In this document: positions 59,311 to 64,000 of the stretch, one piece after another
Numbering within the stretch: the first letter of the stretch is position 1
How the letters are laid out: every line of letters starts with the position of its first letter
Source: Anthoceros angustus
Taxonomy: Eukaryota > Plantae > Anthocerotophyta
Direction of reading: 5' to 3'
Assembly: GCA_010909165.1 (NCBI GenBank)
Contig: VJWM01000106.1
Coordinates: forward strand, 620,001-684,000
DNA length: 64,000 bases
Notes under the pieces: model-generated
What the model saw: only the letters and a program-made list of their open reading frames with translations
Database searches by the model: none
What the model was told of the DNA's origin: nothing
Position numbers and translations under genes: made by a program

Positions 59311-61431
59311 TGGTTGTCGAGGGAGAATATTAAAATACTTATATCATGTTATATAGCAACTCTGATCCAAATATTTGTATAACCACCTCCATCGCATGAT
59401 ATACGGGCACAAACAAAGTGGAGCAAAAGAGAGCAGCATTGTAAGCCATCAGTTTTTGAAACGTTGGCGGCCTCCACACGAGATGTTATCCTTGGTTGCA
59501 TAAGCCATGTCCGGAGTCCGGAGTCCGGAGTAGGGACGAGACACGCCCAGAAAACTAGTTGAGAGGATACAAAATCCTCGAATCCTTGAGGAATATCCAC
59601 CAATTTGCAGATGTTGTGCTTGAAAGGTTCTGACTCGGTTTTGCAAGCACGCTTGCATTAGGCGGGGAACTAGGGCTTTGTTAAGCTAAAGGAAACCCTA
59701 AAATGTAACCATTGGAACGGGTAGCATCGTGGAGCATCATCGTGCAGTCACAGTTGAAACGTACACACACGTTGAGAGTAGAGGACATGGCCTACTGGCA
59801 AAGGTGAGGGGCGGGGGTGAGCGGAAGGGAATCGTGCCATGGCCTGTTCACAAGGACGACGCTTCCCGAACACGCTACAAGTAACAAATACCCTTAACTA
59901 GGGCATCGATCACACGTCTCCCACAGGGCCACCAGCTGCAACAGTGGTTAGGGTCACAGCGGAGCACAGCACGGAACTACCACGTCTTTGCAGCCATGAG
60001 CCCAACATGATGTTGCGGCTGTTGCCTGTGAACGGGGAGGTGGCGGGGGCGGGCGAGGGCGCGGGCCGCGAGGGAGCCTCGCAACAGCACAGTAACAGCA
60101 CATTCAGGCACAACAGTTTGCACAACCCACGACACCAGTAATGAAAGAACGACGCGGGCAACGGACTGTACGCCTTCCGTTCCTGAAGCGGCCATAGCAA
60201 CAGGAACACAACAGTTGCAGCCCACGATACCTGAACGATGTGCAAAGCCAACAGTGGGGCTGTACCTTCGGTCCTGGCTTCAGCAACACGGGGCCATGGC
60301 AATAGGAACAGGGGCCCTTCGTGAGGAGGCCAGGCCCCACGTTGTGCAACCGCTAACGGTTCCGAGTACGAGGAATGCATAGCACGAGCTCGAGCGAGCG
60401 AGCTACAGCTAGCTTGAACTAGGTCAAACCACGATCAGCAGCGAAAAGAGACATGTATGAAGCTTCCAAATGGGGCGGAAGAAATTTGCAACAAATACGG
60501 ATTACAACTTCTGGAAACGACTGGAACATCCGCAATGCCAACTACAGCCCCTGCAATTAACGGGTGCGAGAAGGGAAGCACCTCTGGAATGGCCAGATCG
60601 CGCTGCTCCGCACCCAAAATTTGTCCGCAGCAGAGACTAGCTATCACTAAGGCCTGGCTGAAAAAATGATTTCCACCTTATTCAGAGCTTCGAGGCGCTT
60701 CTTCCCAAAACACATCCTACAGCCAGGATCACCTCAAATATTCTACTATCACAATTTTCTGCCTTGGGAAGAACACGCCGGTGGCCTAGCTACAAAACTT
60801 GACTGGGCAAAAGTGCTGAGGATTTTCGGAGCCCACTTTTCGCACTTCCACACTCCCACCTCCAGGGCTCGCAACAACATCTCGGTCCAAAAACTTGTGC
60901 AAAACACATTGCACGCATGTACAAAGGCGGCTGTACAACAGTTTCGAAGGAAGCACCTTCCTCCAGCTTCCAACAGAGCGCCGCGGCCGGACAAACCTCC
61001 TTCTCCAAACGACCTCCCCTCCCTAATTCTCCACTCCCACCGTCCCCCTCACTTCCCGACGCAGGCTTGCCCCGCTGAAGCAAATATTGAGAGCCCTGAC
61101 TGAACGGATGAAACATGAAGCCCGTGGGCACGAAACCTGGGGCAGACCCTTCAGACACGCCCTTCGGCAAGCACAAGCAGGGCAGCTTCACCCACAGGAA
61201 AGCAAAGAATCCCAGGACAGCAGCTCCGGTAAGGCCCAAGCTCAACATTCCAGACTAGACCGGAAGCCCAAGCCGTGCTGCAGCCACAGCCCGCTACCCC
61301 CCAGAAGTATTTACAACAGAGACCAGGCCCAGCAACCAGAAAGGAAGGAGCGCAAGCACCACCGACTCGCTTCTTCCAAAAGCGCCGCCGGCTCCTCAAA
61401 GACAAGAGGCCGAGACGCAAGCCATCCCCGA

Positions 61432-61875
61432 CTACTTCTTAAAAAGCGGCAGCTTGCTCTCCATGGAAGAGAAGAACTCATCAATGGCCGAGTAGTCAGG
61501 AGTGAAGAAGTTGTCCCCGACAACAGCAACCTTCCTCCTAGCCTTAGCCCGGGGCTTCCTGGGAGCCGGAGGGCAGTCAATCACCATGGGCAACCTGAAG
61601 TGCTTCCCCTTCGGCGTCTCACACCCCCGGCTAGCGGCCCCAAATTCCTCCTCGTCCTCCCCAAGACTGCTGCTCCCCGGCGACACTGGCTCGGAATTAT
61701 CTTGCAACAAGCAGCCCCGCAGCCTCCCGGTCTCGATAGGCCGCAGCGACAGCCCGGGAACACACACAAAGGTGTCTATCGACAGCCTCCTCCTACTCTG
61801 GTCGCCGCCGTCCTCTCGCTCCTGCGAGAGGGAGTGGGTCACGCTCGTGTACCCATTGGAAGGTGTGGGAGCCAT
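61432..61875 (-). CDS. SMR: SIAMESE-related (SMR) cyclin-dependent kinase inhibitor, intronless
   Basis: The SMR motifs CETP, CPPAPRKP and FFTP..IDEFF occur in the expected order. Confidence 0.88.
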   Translation of the reverse strand: MAPTPSNGYTSVTHSLSQEREDGGDQSRRRLSIDTFVCVPGLSLRPIETGRLRGCLLQDNSEPVSPGSSSLGEDEEEFGAASRGCETPKGKHFRLPMVIDCPPAPRKPRAKARRKVAVVGDNFFTPDYSAIDEFFSSMESKLPLFKK

Positions 61876-63136
61876 TACAGCCGCCCTACTCTACCCCAAC
61901 CAGGCTCGCGCGCTCCACAATACCTCCTCCCCTCAACCCTAGCAAGCTCCTCCGAACCCGCCGCCCCTTCCCCAGCCTTCCCTGGCCAAGAACGTGCACC
62001 GCCGACAGGACAAAATTCCCCTTCCTCCTCGCAAACTCCTCCAATTGACCTCCCTTCCCCTCCGAAGGCCTCCAAAAATTAAGCCACCCACCGACTAACC
62101 AACCCGATCACCAATCACGCCACAAGAGCACAGAAACGCCACCGCAGCAGCACAGAAACCTCCGCGCCGCTATCAAATTCCTCCCTACCAAGCCGGCCGG
62201 CTCAAGACGAAACTGAATCCGCCGCACCCGACCTCGACGCAGCTGAGGCGCAGAAAAGAAACCTCTCCTCCTCCCGCCGCCTCAGCCCAAGGGTAACAAG
62301 GCAACCGGCCTCCGCGAATCCGCAACCGAGCTTGCTCAAAAATGAGACGAGGAAGGCGCGCGGAAGCAGCAGGGGCGGCGGCGAGGCCGGAAAGCAGCAA
62401 CCTCCTTGGCTTCACGCTTCGGCAGTAAGACGAAGGCGCAGGAGCAGGAGCCGGAAAGCTGTGAAATTGCAGCGACTCCGGCGAGGGCAAGAATGAAGCA
62501 GGAGGCGAGACGGAATTGGGTGAAGAACACGGCGAGGAGGAAAGAGAGGAGGCAAGCGGGCGCCGGTGTGTCAGGCGCAGGCAGGCAGGCAGGCAGAAGC
62601 AGCAGGCAGGCAAGCAAGCAAAGCTAGAGGCACGCACCACACAGGCAGGCTCTACTCTCACTCGAAAGCCGAAGGCTGCAGGCTCCTGCCTCTAGGCCAG
62701 CCACTGGGCCTTCTTCCCCTTCCCTTCCCTTCCCTTCCCAGTCCCAGGACTAAACGTTCTCGCCTCTGAGTCCGCGCCCGCACGGCCGCGGCGGCAGCGC
62801 TAGGCCGGGCGCCGGCCCAGAGGCCCCCCGGGCAGGAGAGAGAGAAACCCCTGCCCGCTGGCCCGGAGGGCCGCGGGCAGCCCCCGCCTGCGCCACCTTC
62901 TTGGCACCTCACCTACCCGTAAACCCGTAACCCTACCCCATCGGGGCCCGGGCGCCCACCATCATCATCATGACATGATGCCATGCTGGCTCCCCATCCA
63001 CGCTCATGATGGGCCGGCCGTACCCTGGAGAGAGCATGCCACGCCACATGCAATCCGCCGTTTCGGAAAGACGGAGGAAAGAAAGAAGGGTTCGGCGGTT
63101 CGGCCCGTTTCGGGCCGCCTCACCTTGGAGCGATCG

Positions 63137-63186
63137 CCTCCGACCCTCCGATCCTCCGATCCTCCGACCCTCCGATCCTCCGATCC
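63137..63186. repeat. Six copies of the 8-mer CCTCCGA(C/T) in a GC-rich region
   Basis: Read directly. Confidence 0.9.
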
Positions 63187-64000
63187 ATGGGGGTTTGAAT
63201 TACCCGCGACAGACGCCTCGCTCGCCACCTACCCTACCCGCCGATATCTTTAGCGGGCGGGTCGCTACCTCTGACGGATTTGGAGCTAAGCTCGCTGGAT
63301 TTGGCACCGCACATGGCGATCTCACATGGGGCCATGGAAAGACATCTTTCCGGGAGTCAACCGCGCCGCCAAACCCGTCATTTATTTTATCCGACCCGAT
63401 CCCGCTCCCCGCCGAAACTGCGATGGGGCCCCGGTCCGGCCCGGTCCGGCCGGCCCGGTTCGGGCTTCGGGGCCCGGGATCGGGCGGGGCGGGGAACAAA
63501 ATCACGGGCCGCCCGTGATCTGGTGCGTGGCCTGTCAGAGCCCGAAACCCGAAATCGAGCCCGCGACCGCTAACTTAGCGCGGTCCCACCGGGGCCCGGG
63601 CCGGGCGCTAACTTAGCTCCCACGAGGCGTCACATCACGCTTCTGCCAATCATGAGACCCACATCGCATATTCAATTGGGCCTCACTCCACTCCGATTCG
63701 ACCAGGCAACGCTTAGCCGGGCGCCCGGCCTTCTCTCTTTCTGTACGCCGCCGTCTACTACTTTAGCGGCGTAGATCTGGAGGTCCGGTTCGGTTCGGGT
63801 CGGTTCGGGTCGGGGGCCACGTACGTACCTACCACCCGCCCGCCCTACCCACCTCCCAACCCGGACCAGGGCTGCTTCCGGGAGCCTACACGCGTCCACC
63901 GTCGACCGGGTCTCGCCGGTCGCCGGACCGAACCCCAGTTAATCGCGCGCTACGCGTCGGCGTCAGGGAACGGCCGCGTCCTGGCGCCGATTGACCGGGG

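Noticed and set aside
61087-62082. 331-aa plus-strand ORF
   Set aside because: Overlaps the motif-supported SMR gene on the opposite strand. Low-complexity and no domain.

Overview
Eukaryotic land-plant nuclear DNA. A seed-free plant, probably a hornwort, is inferred from the short introns, the dense gene packing and a PLS-class PPR gene with a WW-type PG box. The window has three parts. (1) Bases 1-22 kb are a nest of Athila/Tat-like Ty3/gypsy LTR retrotransposons on the minus strand. Their LTRs are unusually long (3.5-4.0 kb) and each carries a long frameshifted ORF. The copies are indel-riddled in a way that suggests unpolished long-read sequence. (2) Bases 22.2-22.9 kb are a telomere-repeat array with C-rich repeats on the + strand: degenerate CCCTAAA, then perfect CCCTAAA, then 34 x GCCTAAA. 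The array directly abuts the broken gag of a different LTR element (LTR + Met-PBS + gag stub, 22.9-23.8 kb), in the polarity expected for de novo telomere addition. (3) Bases 24-64 kb are gene-dense euchromatin: F-box, PLS-E PPR, RCE1, petC, TRAF-type zinc finger, xylulose kinase, LON1, mitochondrial ATP synthase delta, WRAP73/WDR8, a Harbinger-derived nuclease with a degenerate DDE site plus a decayed duplicate, EBP2, a Sec14/SFH gene and a SIAMESE-related CDK inhibitor. No tRNA, rRNA or CRISPR features were seen. Exon boundaries were read by eye and are approximate.
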